The notes: generated by a model not told the origin, from the sequence alone. DNA of 32,000 bases from Pseudodesulfovibrio mercurii (GCF_000189295.2 NC_016803.1:1950001-1982000); one strand, 5' to 3'; positions 17,627 through 28,563 are shown, counted from the first letter of the stretch. Numbers and translations: made by a program.

Positions 17627-17968
17627 ATGCGCATCCCCCTGTTCACCGCCCTGTTGCTGACCGCCTCCAACGTGTTCATGACCTTCGCCTGGTACGCCCA
17701 CCTGAAGGAGCTGAACCAGCGGCCGTGGTACGTGGCCGCCCTGGTCAGCTGGGGCATCGCCCTGTTCGAGTACCTGATCCAGGTCCCGGCCAACCGGCTG
17801 GGCTACACGGCCATGACCCTGCCGCAGCTCAAGATCATGCAGGAGGTCATCGCCCTGGCCGTGTTCGCGCCGTTCTGCCTGCTGTACATGCACCAGCCCC
17901 TCAAACTCGACTACCTCTGGGCCGCCTGCTGCCTGCTCGGCGCGGTCTATTTCATCTTCCGCTCCTGA
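17627..17968 (+). CDS. DMT-superfamily small membrane protein (DUF486-like)
   Basis: ATG at 17627 gives 113 aa with four TM segments. [14 protein letters not shown] and QLKIMQEVI match the DUF486 pattern. The upstream part of the listed ORF is Gly/Pro/Arg-rich and does not look coding. Confidence 0.7.
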   Translation: MRIPLFTALLLTASNVFMTFAWYAHLKELNQRPWYVAALVSWGIALFEYLIQVPANRLGYTAMTLPQLKIMQEVIALAVFAPFCLLYMHQPLKLDYLWAACCLLGAVYFIFRS

Positions 17969-18068
17969 GGCCGGGCCGAGCGCCGGAAACCGGCCCCGGC
18001 GCGGCGGGGACCGGGCCAGGAATAGTTCCTTCTTGCATTTCTTGCAGCCCCTTGCTACAGCTGCCCCA

Positions 18069-18578
18069 ATGCGAAAACTCGGTCATCCCCATCACAGACG
18101 ACGCTCCTTTTCCCGCCTGCCGGGCGCGCTCCTGCTCGCCCTGCTGCTGTGCGCGGCCTTTCCCGCGCCCGTGGCCTCGGAGGTCATCGGCACCGTGGAC
18201 ACGGTCTTCCACATGTTCTCGCGCGACGACGACATCGTGGTCGAGGCCTTCGACGACCCGGACGTGTCCGGCGTGACCTGCTATCTGAGCCGGGCGCGCA
18301 AGGGCGGGGTCAAGGGCATGATCGGCGTGGCCGAGGACCCGTCCGACGCCTCGATCATGTGCATCGCCACCGGGGACATCTCGGTGCCCGAGCGGGTGTC
18401 GAGCGGCAAGGCCGACGGCGAAAAGGTCTTCAAGAAGAGCACCTCGCTGGTCTTCAAGTCCATGCAGGTGGTCCGGTTCTACGACAAAAAGCGGGACGTC
18501 CTCGTGTACATGGTCTACAGCGACCGCGTGGTCGAGGGCTCGCCGAAAAACAGCATCACCTGCGTCAGGGTCAAATGA
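18069..18578 (+). CDS. creA: CreA family periplasmic protein
   Basis: Signal peptide, then [28 protein letters not shown], and [37 protein letters not shown], which are typical CreA blocks. Confidence 0.8.
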   Translation: MRKLGHPHHRRRSFSRLPGALLLALLLCAAFPAPVASEVIGTVDTVFHMFSRDDDIVVEAFDDPDVSGVTCYLSRARKGGVKGMIGVAEDPSDASIMCIATGDISVPERVSSGKADGEKVFKKSTSLVFKSMQVVRFYDKKRDVLVYMVYSDRVVEGSPKNSITCVRVK

Positions 18579-18591
18579 CGGGGAGCATGTC

Positions 18592-18849
18592 ATGAGCAGG
18601 GACGAATTATCGCGGCTTCTGGGCGACGCCCTGGCCGACCCGGACATGATCCGGAAGGCCATGACCCTCACGGACCGCCCGGCCATGGAGACCTACATCC
18701 GGGAGCGGGGCTACGCCCTCGCCCCCGAGGAGATGGACGAGGTCTGGACCCTGGCCCGCGACGTCATGGGCAGCGAGGCCGGGCCCATGAGCGCGGCCCG
18801 CTGGCGGCTGACCACCATGGGCGGCGAACATTCCGCCCCGACGGACTAG
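18592..18849 (+). CDS. Small protein with Nif11-like N-terminal domain
   Basis: The first ~48 residues (MSRDELSRLLGDALADPDMIRKAMTLTDRPAMETYIRERGYALAPEEM) fit the Nif11 pattern MSxxxLxxFLxxxxxDxxLxxxLxxxxxxxxxxxxAxxxGFxxxxEEL. GGGGAG lies upstream of the ATG. Confidence 0.55.
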   Translation: MSRDELSRLLGDALADPDMIRKAMTLTDRPAMETYIRERGYALAPEEMDEVWTLARDVMGSEAGPMSAARWRLTTMGGEHSAPTD

Positions 18850-18856
18850 TCCCGGC

Positions 18857-19789
18857 TCAGAACCGCCAGAGAATCCGGGCGTAGCCGCCCAGGGCGCTGT
18901 CCAGGTCGTGGGACGACTTGTACGTGCCCGCCTTGTTGTACAGCTTGTACTTCCGATTATAGTTGTATTCCGGCCCGATGCTGAAGGTCAGGGCCTTGTT
19001 GGGCAGGTAGTCCAGGTAGATGCCTATCTTGGAGCGGACCACGCCGAGGTAGCCGCTGCCGTAGAGCGGGTTGTCCGAGGACAGCCGGTAGGTCTTCTCC
19101 TGGGTGGACAGGACGAAGTTCAGGCCGATGTTCTCCGAGCCGGGCTTGCTGTTCCTGACCAGCCCCACGGCCTCCAGGGTCCGGCGCAGGGTCTTCTGCG
19201 ACACGGCCACGGCCAGGCCGAGCTCCAGGTCGCCGAACAGGTCGCTGCTCAGGGCCGACACGGCCTGGGTCCGGGCGGTGATGCCGAGCATCCAGCCGTC
19301 CCAGAAGTCATAGGCCACCCCGCCGTCGAAACCCACGCCCACGGCTCCCGGGGCCACGTCCTCGTAGGAGCAGTCCAGCGCCCCGTTGACCCAGTACCGC
19401 CAATTGTCGCCCAGCCGGTTGTTGAACATCCGGGCCTGGACCGAGATGTTTTGGAGCGAATCCCACGGGGTGATCGTGCCCGAGGCCCCGAACCGCCGGG
19501 CCAGGGCGGCCCTGTCGGTCCATTCGAAATAGTCGATCTGGTAGGCCAGGTGGAAGATGGAGTAGTCGGCGGACATGGAGGCGCGGTTCACGGTCACGCT
19601 GCCCAGCCCGTTGGTGAAATCCGCATTGCCCACGAAACCGAGGTCGGCCTGGAGTTGCAGGTCCTGATTCACGTTGGTGGGCGCGGCCACCAGGAAGCCG
19701 GGCTCGTTGCCCATGGACAGGTCGGTGTCGGCCAGGGCGCAGGGCGCGCTGCCGAGCAGGATCAGGAGGATGACGAGGGCGCGCAACAT
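18857..19789 (-). CDS. Putative outer-membrane beta-barrel protein (family not recognised)
   Basis: ATG at 19789 gives the signal peptide MLRALVILLILLGSAPCALA. The sequence shows alternating hydrophobic beta-strand patterning, is rich in Tyr/Gly/Asn, and ends in the terminal aromatic motif ILWRF. Confidence 0.6.
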   Translation of the reverse strand: MLRALVILLILLGSAPCALADTDLSMGNEPGFLVAAPTNVNQDLQLQADLGFVGNADFTNGLGSVTVNRASMSADYSIFHLAYQIDYFEWTDRAALARRFGASGTITPWDSLQNISVQARMFNNRLGDNWRYWVNGALDCSYEDVAPGAVGVGFDGGVAYDFWDGWMLGITARTQAVSALSSDLFGDLELGLAVAVSQKTLRRTLEAVGLVRNSKPGSENIGLNFVLSTQEKTYRLSSDNPLYGSGYLGVVRSKIGIYLDYLPNKALTFSIGPEYNYNRKYKLYNKAGTYKSSHDLDSALGGYARILWRF

Positions 19790-19850
19790 GCGGCGAGAAA
19801 TACACCGTCGCCCTGGCGAAGGCAATAGCGCCCCCTCGGGCGCGGGGCGC

Positions 19851-19885
19851 AAAAAGGCCCGGTGCGGCGTGCGCCGGACCGGGCC
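19851..19885 (-). terminator. Rho-independent terminator downstream of secA
   Basis: Minus strand reads GGCCCGGT-(14-nt loop)-ACCGGGCC followed by TTTTT. Confidence 0.7.
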
Positions 19886-19912
19886 TGGACATGCGTCTTG
19901 CGCGCTGCGGGA

Positions 19913-22459
<2,547 letters not shown>

Positions 22460-22643
22460 GTATGGGTTCTCCAGAAAATCTTTGGCGGCCGGGGAGAGCG
22501 CGGCCGCGAACGCTGTAGTGCAAGATAACGTCGGGGAGGGGAAAGTCAACGCGACAATCGCGTGACAAAGCCCCTTTTCGCCCGGCGCGAACAGGGATAG
22601 CACAAACCGGGTCGGGCGTAAAAGGGCCGGTCCGGGCGGGAAA

Positions 22644-23449
22644 TCAGGCCGGGCGGTCGCCGTCCACCACGGACGCGGCCCCGCGCAGGCGCACGTACCA
22701 GGCAGCGCCCACGGCCCAACCCAGGACGGACACGCCGCACTGGACCGGAAGATGGAGCCACCGGGCATAGAATTCGGTGACCGGGCTCATGGGAGCCGCG
22801 GTGTGCGGGATATCCATGGGCAGCCGCCGGGCCGCCCACCACAGCAGCGCCGTCAGGAACAACGTCCCGGCGACCGGGCGCGACAATGCCCAGGAGCGCC
22901 GAAAGGACACGCGGTCCCCCACGGCCGCGCCCGCCAGGGTGAACCCGAAGCGGACGAGCAGGTGCAGCAGCGGCATGGCCGCCAGGTGGTAGGAGGCGGC
23001 CCAAAGCGGATAGACGTTCATGTCGAACAATGGCCCGGCCAGCCACTGCACACCCCGGCCGAGCAGTCCCCAGGCCTGGTCGAAGCAGAGATAATAACAG
23101 AAGGCGTAGGGCAGCGCCCGCAGGAACCGACGCGAAAAGTCCGGACAAAAAAACCGACGCTCCCCCTCCCCGTGCAGCACGGCGTTCGCCACGACCACGA
23201 GCAGGCCCAGGTGCAGCAACATCCTCAGTATGGACCACGACCGGCCGCCACGGAGAGCGGAACCCCGGTCATTCGCTCCAACGGCACCAGCTTGAAGGCG
23301 AGCGCCCACAGGTACAGACACGCGGCGCTCACGGCATAGAACGACGGGTCGGCCCGCAACCGTCCCGCAACCATGCAAAGGACCCCGCCGATCCGCCCCA
23401 GGGACGCCCGCCAGGCATCCTCGGCCTGCAGAAACCAGGGGATGGACAC
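22644..23449 (-). pseudogene. Membrane-protein paralog P4, apparently disrupted by a 1-nt frame change (or sequence error)
   Basis: The N-terminal third (GTG 23449; SIPWFLQAEDAWRASLG...) is in the frame of ORF 23225..23506. The rest (SILRMLLHLG...[11 protein letters not shown]) is in the frame of ORF 22644..23378. Both parts align with P1-P3. Confidence 0.6.
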
Positions 23450-23453
23450 GGGC

Positions 23454-24231
23454 TCAACCCCCTTCCGCCGGACTCGACGCCGCGTCTTCGCGGACCGCGA
23501 TGGCATACCACACGACCGTCAGGGCAAAGAGCGGCGGGACGAACAGGGAGGTCAGCAGGGAGAGGGCCACGGTCCAGGCCAGGGGGCCGGGGGAGGCGAA
23601 CCACTGCGCCATGCCCCAGTCCAGCCCCGCCAGCGGGGCGAAGGGCGCCCCCAGGAGAAGCAGCCCGGACAGCAGCATGGCCAGGCCCCGCCCATGAGTC
23701 AGCCGGAAGGACCGTTCGAGCGGCGACTTGCGCCCGTCCACCACGGCGGCCGGGACCAGAATGAGGCGCAGGGCCAGCCAGACGGCGGGCAGGCAGGACA
23801 CGGCCGTGACCACCAGGCGCGTCCCGAACCCCACGTCGGCAAGGGGCGTGTCCAGGAACATCCCCAGGACCGCCATGCCCGCGAGGGTCAGAATGACGGC
23901 GAAGACGCCCACCAGGGCGAAGACCGCCGCCGAGTACAGCCCGTACAACAGGAACTTTTTTCAGGAACGCCCGCGGCAGACGGCGGGCGTCGCCCTCCCC
24001 GTGCAGCAGGGCGTGCAGGAGGGCCACCTCCACCGGTATGAGCAGGATGGAAAAGGGCAGGCCGTACACGAACCATTCCAGCAGGTCGGCATCGGGCCGC
24101 AGCCAGTCGAGGGAGTCCCGGACCAGGCCGATGGCGGCCAGAAGGAGAAACGGGACGAGCAGCAGCCGCCGGCGTTCGGCGAGGAGCGTGAGGGCGCGTC
24201 GCGCCGCGACCCACGGGGACGGATTCGTCAC
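23454..24231 (-). pseudogene. Membrane-protein paralog P3, frame change inside an A6 tract (or sequence error / +1 slippage)
   Basis: The N-terminal 89 codons (GTG 24231; MTNPSPWVAARRAL...RLPRAFLKK) then turn into Arg/Pro/Gly-rich nonsense. The +1 frame continues as FLLYGLYSAAVF...VVWYAIAVRE (ORF 23454..23948). The junction is the T6 run at 23956-23961 on the plus strand. Confidence 0.65.
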
Positions 24232-24234
24232 CGC

Positions 24235-25146
24235 CTACCTGTCCTCCGGCAGGTCCGCGTACGGCCCCACGCCCGCTCCGCGCGCCGGGCCGGGGGCGGT
24301 TCCGGGCTCGGCGGAGAACCGGAATGCGGCCCCGGAACCGACGCCCGGTGCGGCCGCGCGCAGGCGGAGCTTCTCGTACCAGACCGCGTTCATGACCAGC
24401 AGGACGATCCAGGAGAACAGGTCGAGGACCAGCAGGACCAGGAACGACACGGCGGTCCCCGCGCCGATCCCCCCGCCCCCGTCCTTCATGGCGGAACCGA
24501 TGACGGCGACCTCGAAGAGCCCGGTCAGGATCATGACCGGCAGGACCACGGTCAGCATGGACCAGAACATACGCCAGGCGTGGCCCCTGGTCAGGGCCAG
24601 GGCCTCGCGCACCCCAACCACGTGGCCCACGGCCGCGCCGGGGATCATGACCATGAGCCGCAGGATCAGGCCGACGACGAAGGCATAGACCACGACCCCC
24701 GCGACCATGAACAGCGCGAGCAGGGACGGGTTGAACCCGGCCGGATCGGCGGGATCGTGGGGCAGGACCGCATAGGCCACGGCCGCCAGCGGCACCCCGA
24801 CCGCGAGCATGACGCCGAACATGACGGCCACGATGATCAGGCCACGGACAAAGACGCGGCCCATGGCGGGCCAGAAGGGTTGCGGCAGGACCGTGCCCGC
24901 CCCCCGCTGCATGGTCACGGCCAGGTGGTTGGACGCGGTCATCAGGAAGAGCGTGACCAGGACGTGAAGGACCACGGACAGCGCCACGGCCGGGCCGTAC
25001 CAGGAACGCGCCAGCGCGGGCAGGACCGTGACCGTCGGCAGGAGCACCAGGCTGACCAGGAGCAGTCCGAGGAACGCCCATTTCCGCCTCCAGCTCAGGG
25101 CCACGGACTCCCTGACCACGGCCCACGGCGAGATCTTGTTCGACAT
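24235..25146 (-). CDS. Membrane-protein paralog P2 (six predicted TM segments, unassigned family)
   Basis: ATG at 25146 has GGAGGA upstream and lies 2 nt after the P1 stop. The product starts MSNKISPWAVV, contains ALTRGHAWRMFW and ends near WYEKLRLRAA. The longer listed ORF (to 25605) overlaps P1 and is Arg/Gly-rich there. Confidence 0.75.
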   Translation of the reverse strand: MSNKISPWAVVRESVALSWRRKWAFLGLLLVSLVLLPTVTVLPALARSWYGPAVALSVVLHVLVTLFLMTASNHLAVTMQRGAGTVLPQPFWPAMGRVFVRGLIIVAVMFGVMLAVGVPLAAVAYAVLPHDPADPAGFNPSLLALFMVAGVVVYAFVVGLILRLMVMIPGAAVGHVVGVREALALTRGHAWRMFWSMLTVVLPVMILTGLFEVAVIGSAMKDGGGGIGAGTAVSFLVLLVLDLFSWIVLLVMNAVWYEKLRLRAAAPGVGSGAAFRFSAEPGTAPGPARGAGVGPYADLPEDR

Positions 25147-25148
25147 GT

Positions 25149-25958
25149 CTATTCCTCCCCGGCGGTCTGTTGTTGCGCGTCCGTCGGCGTCCCGGCGGCG
25201 CGCAGGCGGAGCTTCTCGTACCAGATGATGAAGGCCGCGAAGGTGAACCACATCACGGCCGTGCCCGCGACCATGAACCCCAGGTTCGCGGGCGAGAATG
25301 GATCGAAGGTCCGGGCCTCCACGGCCGGGCCGTTGACGACCTGCATGGCCCCATTCAGGAGGAGGAACGGCAGGGTGAACAGGAGCATCCGCAGGGAATG
25401 GCCCCGGGTCATGCGCCAGGAGAGCCGGAAGGAGGACTCGTCGCCCATGACCGTTGCGGGCAGAACCGGCCACCAGCGCACCGAGAAAAAGGCCAGGGGC
25501 AGCATGACCGCCGCCACGGTGAGCAGGGTCATGGCGAAGGACGGCTCCGCCCCTTCCGGCGCAGGCCACAGGATGACCACCGCCGCCACCATGACGACCC
25601 CGCACAGCATGCCCGCCCCCATGACCATGAACATCAGCAGGAACCCCCGGCCCAGAAAGCGCAGGTACCGGCCGAGGAAATGGTCGGGCAACAGGCCGGG
25701 GCGTTCGCGCAGGGCCGACAGGGAGTCGTGCAGCACCACCACGTACACGGCCGCCCCCGCCAGCAGGGAGAGGAGCCAGACCGTCAGGGTGAGCCCGTTG
25801 AACGGTTGGGCGGGATCCACGGAACCGGAAAGATAGATCGAGGGCGCCCCGGCCGCGAGCACGCCCAGCGCCCCGCCCAGATAGACCCGCCCGCGCAACC
25901 GCATGAGCCGCAGGGCGTCCACGGCCACTTCCAGGGGCGATATCCTGTCTCCCGCCAC
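25149..25958 (-). CDS. Membrane-protein paralog P1 (six predicted TM segments, unassigned family)
   Basis: GTG at 25958 lies 6 nt after the Fe-S subunit stop, with AAGGTAGG upstream. The product starts MAGDRISPLEV, contains LSWRMTRGHSLRMLLF and ends near WYEKLRLRAA. Confidence 0.75.
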   Translation of the reverse strand: MAGDRISPLEVAVDALRLMRLRGRVYLGGALGVLAAGAPSIYLSGSVDPAQPFNGLTLTVWLLSLLAGAAVYVVVLHDSLSALRERPGLLPDHFLGRYLRFLGRGFLLMFMVMGAGMLCGVVMVAAVVILWPAPEGAEPSFAMTLLTVAAVMLPLAFFSVRWWPVLPATVMGDESSFRLSWRMTRGHSLRMLLFTLPFLLLNGAMQVVNGPAVEARTFDPFSPANLGFMVAGTAVMWFTFAAFIIWYEKLRLRAAGTPTDAQQQTAGEE

Positions 25959-25964
25959 AAGTAC

Positions 25965-27107
25965 CTACCTTATGGTTTCAAGCCAGTGGCCCACCTCCAC
26001 GCGGTCCGGGGCCGTGGCCGAGAGCTGGGCCAGACAGGCGGAGCAGCCCGAGAGGACCACGTCCGCACCCTTGAGCGCCTCCCAGCAGGCGCGGTTGACC
26101 GGTTCGGTCAGGCCGGGCGCGGCCAGGCGCATGACCCCGCCGAAGCCGCAGCACTGCTCGTCCGTAACCCTGACCAGCCGGTCGCCCAGGAGCGCCCGGA
26201 GCCAGGTCCGGTCCGGGTCGTCCTTGCCCGCGTGGCACGGGTGGTGGTAGCCGAGCCGGTCCGGTGCATTGTCGGATATCATAAATTCTATGCCCCGTAC
26301 AGCCACCGACAAGGGCAAAAGCGCCTGGTTCCACTGCGCCTTTTCCCCGTCGGACTCGAAGGCGTCGTAGGCCCGCAGCCCGGCCAGGCAGGAGGCGCAG
26401 AACACGGCCACGCGCGGCCGCCCGGCCTCGCGCCAGACCGCCACGTTGCGCCGGGCCATCTCCCCGGCCTCGTCCGCGAACCCGGCCCCCTTCAGCCCCG
26501 AGCCGCAGCAGGCGAAGTCGCCGGGCAGGACGTCCGCGCCCAGGCCGTCCAGCAGCCGCAGGGCGGCCGTGAGCCAGCGGCCCTGCACGTAGTTGGCCGT
26601 GCAGCCCGCGAACAGGAGCATGCGTTCGCCGCGCCAGTCGTCGGGGAAGGCCCTGGGCGTGAGGAAGGGATCGAGGCCCGGCCCGCCGGTCATGCCCGCG
26701 AGCATCTTGAGCATGGGCCCGAGCTTCTCGGTGCGGAACCGCTCGGGGATGAGCGCGGCGGCCTTGGAGCTGGGCGACCAGAGCTGGCGGGCGCGGGTCA
26801 GCCAGGTCTTCCACAGCCAGGACTTGAAATTCGGGTGCGCACCGCGCAGGGCGGCCACCAGGCCGGGCACGTCCTGACCCTGGGAGCAGACCTCGCGGCA
26901 CCGGCCGCAGCCCAGGCAGAGCCCGGCCAGCCGGGCGGCGTCGGTCTCGGACAGCTTGTCCGGGTCCTCGGCCAGGACCCGGCAGAGGTCGGACTTGGAA
27001 CGCGGCCCGAGTTCCTCGCGGCCCGTGGCCTTGAGCAGCGGGCAGGCCTGGAGGCACTTGCCGCACAGGATGCAGTGGGAGACGTGTTCGGAAACGGGGT
27101 CGGCCAT
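25965..27107 (-). CDS. (Fe-S)-binding oxidoreductase subunit, GlcF-like (two 4Fe-4S motifs plus CCG domains)
   Basis: Ferredoxin-type motifs are CILCGKCLQACP and CLGCGRCREVC. Cysteine-rich CCG-type segments are CCGSG, HHPCH and EQCCGFGG. The start lies 7 nt after the GlcD-like stop. Confidence 0.85.
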   Translation of the reverse strand: MADPVSEHVSHCILCGKCLQACPLLKATGREELGPRSKSDLCRVLAEDPDKLSETDAARLAGLCLGCGRCREVCSQGQDVPGLVAALRGAHPNFKSWLWKTWLTRARQLWSPSSKAAALIPERFRTEKLGPMLKMLAGMTGGPGLDPFLTPRAFPDDWRGERMLLFAGCTANYVQGRWLTAALRLLDGLGADVLPGDFACCGSGLKGAGFADEAGEMARRNVAVWREAGRPRVAVFCASCLAGLRAYDAFESDGEKAQWNQALLPLSVAVRGIEFMISDNAPDRLGYHHPCHAGKDDPDRTWLRALLGDRLVRVTDEQCCGFGGVMRLAAPGLTEPVNRACWEALKGADVVLSGCSACLAQLSATAPDRVEVGHWLETIR

Positions 27108-27114
27108 GGTCCGC

Positions 27115-28503
27115 CTACCACCCCTTACCGGGGTTCATGATCTCGTGGGGGTCGAAGACGCGGCGCACGGTCTCCATGAAATGGAGCTGGTCCGCGCCGA
27201 GCTGCTCGGGCACGAAGGAGGCCTTGGTCAGGCCGGTGCCGTGCTCGCCCGAGATGGTCCCGCCCAGTTCCACGGCGGCCCGGAAGAGCCGCTCCTTGAC
27301 CTGGTGGGCGGCGCGGACCTCCTCGGGGTGGGCCGCGTCGTGCATGATGTTGGTGTGGATGTTGCCGTCGCCCAGGTGGCCGTAGCAGAGCACGGGCAGC
27401 CCGGCGTCGGCCCCGGCCTTTTGGGCGATGCGCACCAGCTCGGGCACGCGGCCGCGCGGCACGGCCAGGTCCTCGGAAAGCTTGTCGGGCCGGAGCCGGT
27501 AGGAGCCGGGCGAGATGTCCCGGCGGGCGGCCCAGACCGCTTCCTCGGCCTCGCCCTCGCCCACCTCCAGGGAGACCGGCCCCACGGCCGCAAGCGCCGC
27601 CTCGAGCCGTCGGATCTCGGCGGCCACGCCCTCGGCCGTGCCGTCGAACTTGAAGAGCAGCGCGGCCTGGGCCTGCGGGGCCAGGGGGATGTCGCCGCCC
27701 AGGCGCACGGCCTTGATGGTGGTCACGTCCATGAACTCGCAGGCGCAGGGCAGGAGCCCGGCCCCGAAGACGGCCATGGCCCCGTTCATGGCCCCGTCCA
27801 GGTCGGCGAAGCCCACCAGCACGGAGCTGGAGGTCTCGGGCAGGGGGATGAGCTTGACCGTGGCCCGGGTGATCAGGCCGAGCTTGCCGTCCGCGCCGAC
27901 AAAAAGGCGCTTCAGGTCCAGGCCGACCACGTCCTTCTGGGCCCGGCCGCCCATGGTCAGGACCTTGCCGCCGGGGAGCACGGCCTCGATGCCCAGGACC
28001 CAGTCGCGGGTCACGCCGTACTTAACGGCCCGCAGCCCGCCCGCGCAGGTGGAGATGTTCCCGCCCATGGTGGAGATCTTCACGCTGGCCGGGTCCGGGG
28101 GATAGAAGAGCTTCTTCGCGGCGCATGCCTGCTGGAAGTCCGCCGTGATCACGCCGGGCTCCACCTCGGCGGCGAAGTCGCGTTCGCTGATGTCGAGGAT
28201 GCGGTTCATGCGTAGCAGGGACACGGTCACGCCGTGCAGGAGCGGCACGGTGTTGCCCACCTGCCCGGTGGCCCGTGCGCGCGGATAGAGCGGCATGCGC
28301 TCGGCGTCGGCCCAGCGCAGGAGTTCGGCCGCCTGGTCCCGGCTCTCGGGCCGGACCACGGCCCAGGGCATGGACCGCTCGCGGCTCGCGTCCGTGGAAA
28401 AGGCGTTCATTTCCTCGGTGTCGAGGACGCACCCGTCGCCGGGGAAGAGATCGGTCAGGAACGCCCGGTGGGCGTCTGTCAGGGAGGTGGCGTAATTCGG
28501 CAT
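27115..28503 (-). CDS. glcD: FAD-linked oxidase, GlcD-type (probable D-lactate dehydrogenase)
   Basis: FAD-binding PCMH domain shows PWAVVRPES...PRARATGQVGNTVP. The C-terminal oxidase domain shows GTISGEHGTGLTK and FDPHEIMNPGK. Pairing with a GlcF-like Fe-S subunit matches the Desulfovibrio Dld-II arrangement. Confidence 0.88.
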   Translation of the reverse strand: MPNYATSLTDAHRAFLTDLFPGDGCVLDTEEMNAFSTDASRERSMPWAVVRPESRDQAAELLRWADAERMPLYPRARATGQVGNTVPLLHGVTVSLLRMNRILDISERDFAAEVEPGVITADFQQACAAKKLFYPPDPASVKISTMGGNISTCAGGLRAVKYGVTRDWVLGIEAVLPGGKVLTMGGRAQKDVVGLDLKRLFVGADGKLGLITRATVKLIPLPETSSSVLVGFADLDGAMNGAMAVFGAGLLPCACEFMDVTTIKAVRLGGDIPLAPQAQAALLFKFDGTAEGVAAEIRRLEAALAAVGPVSLEVGEGEAEEAVWAARRDISPGSYRLRPDKLSEDLAVPRGRVPELVRIAQKAGADAGLPVLCYGHLGDGNIHTNIMHDAAHPEEVRAAHQVKERLFRAAVELGGTISGEHGTGLTKASFVPEQLGADQLHFMETVRRVFDPHEIMNPGKGW

Positions 28504-28509
28504 GCGCCG

Positions 28510-28538
28510 AGCCTACGAGTACGATTATCGAGTGTCAA
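28510..28538 (-). promoter_or_regulatory. Possible sigma70 promoter placed so that the glcD mRNA would be leaderless
   Basis: The minus strand has TTGACA (28538-28533), a 17-nt spacer and TAGGCT (28515-28510). Six nt then precede the ATG at 28503, and there is no Shine-Dalgarno sequence. Confidence 0.3.
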
Positions 28539-28563
28539 TGACATGAGAGGCGGGATGGGGGAT

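Noticed and set aside
18592-18849. Nif11-leader RiPP precursor
   Set aside because: The putative core after GG is only 7 residues and lacks modifiable Cys. No maturase or PCAT transporter gene is nearby. I kept it only as a Nif11-domain small protein.
22644-25958. Mobile element or prophage remnant explaining the paralog array and frameshifts
   Set aside because: There is no integrase, transposase, flanking tRNA or terminal repeats. Base composition is indistinguishable by eye from the flanking housekeeping genes.
23728-27140. 702-aa and 656-aa plus-strand ORFs over the membrane-protein array and the Fe-S subunit gene
   Set aside because: They are extremely Arg/Gly/Pro/His/Asp-rich and have no hydrophobic or catalytic motifs. 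They lie antisense to ORFs with coherent TM-helix patterning and ferredoxin motifs.
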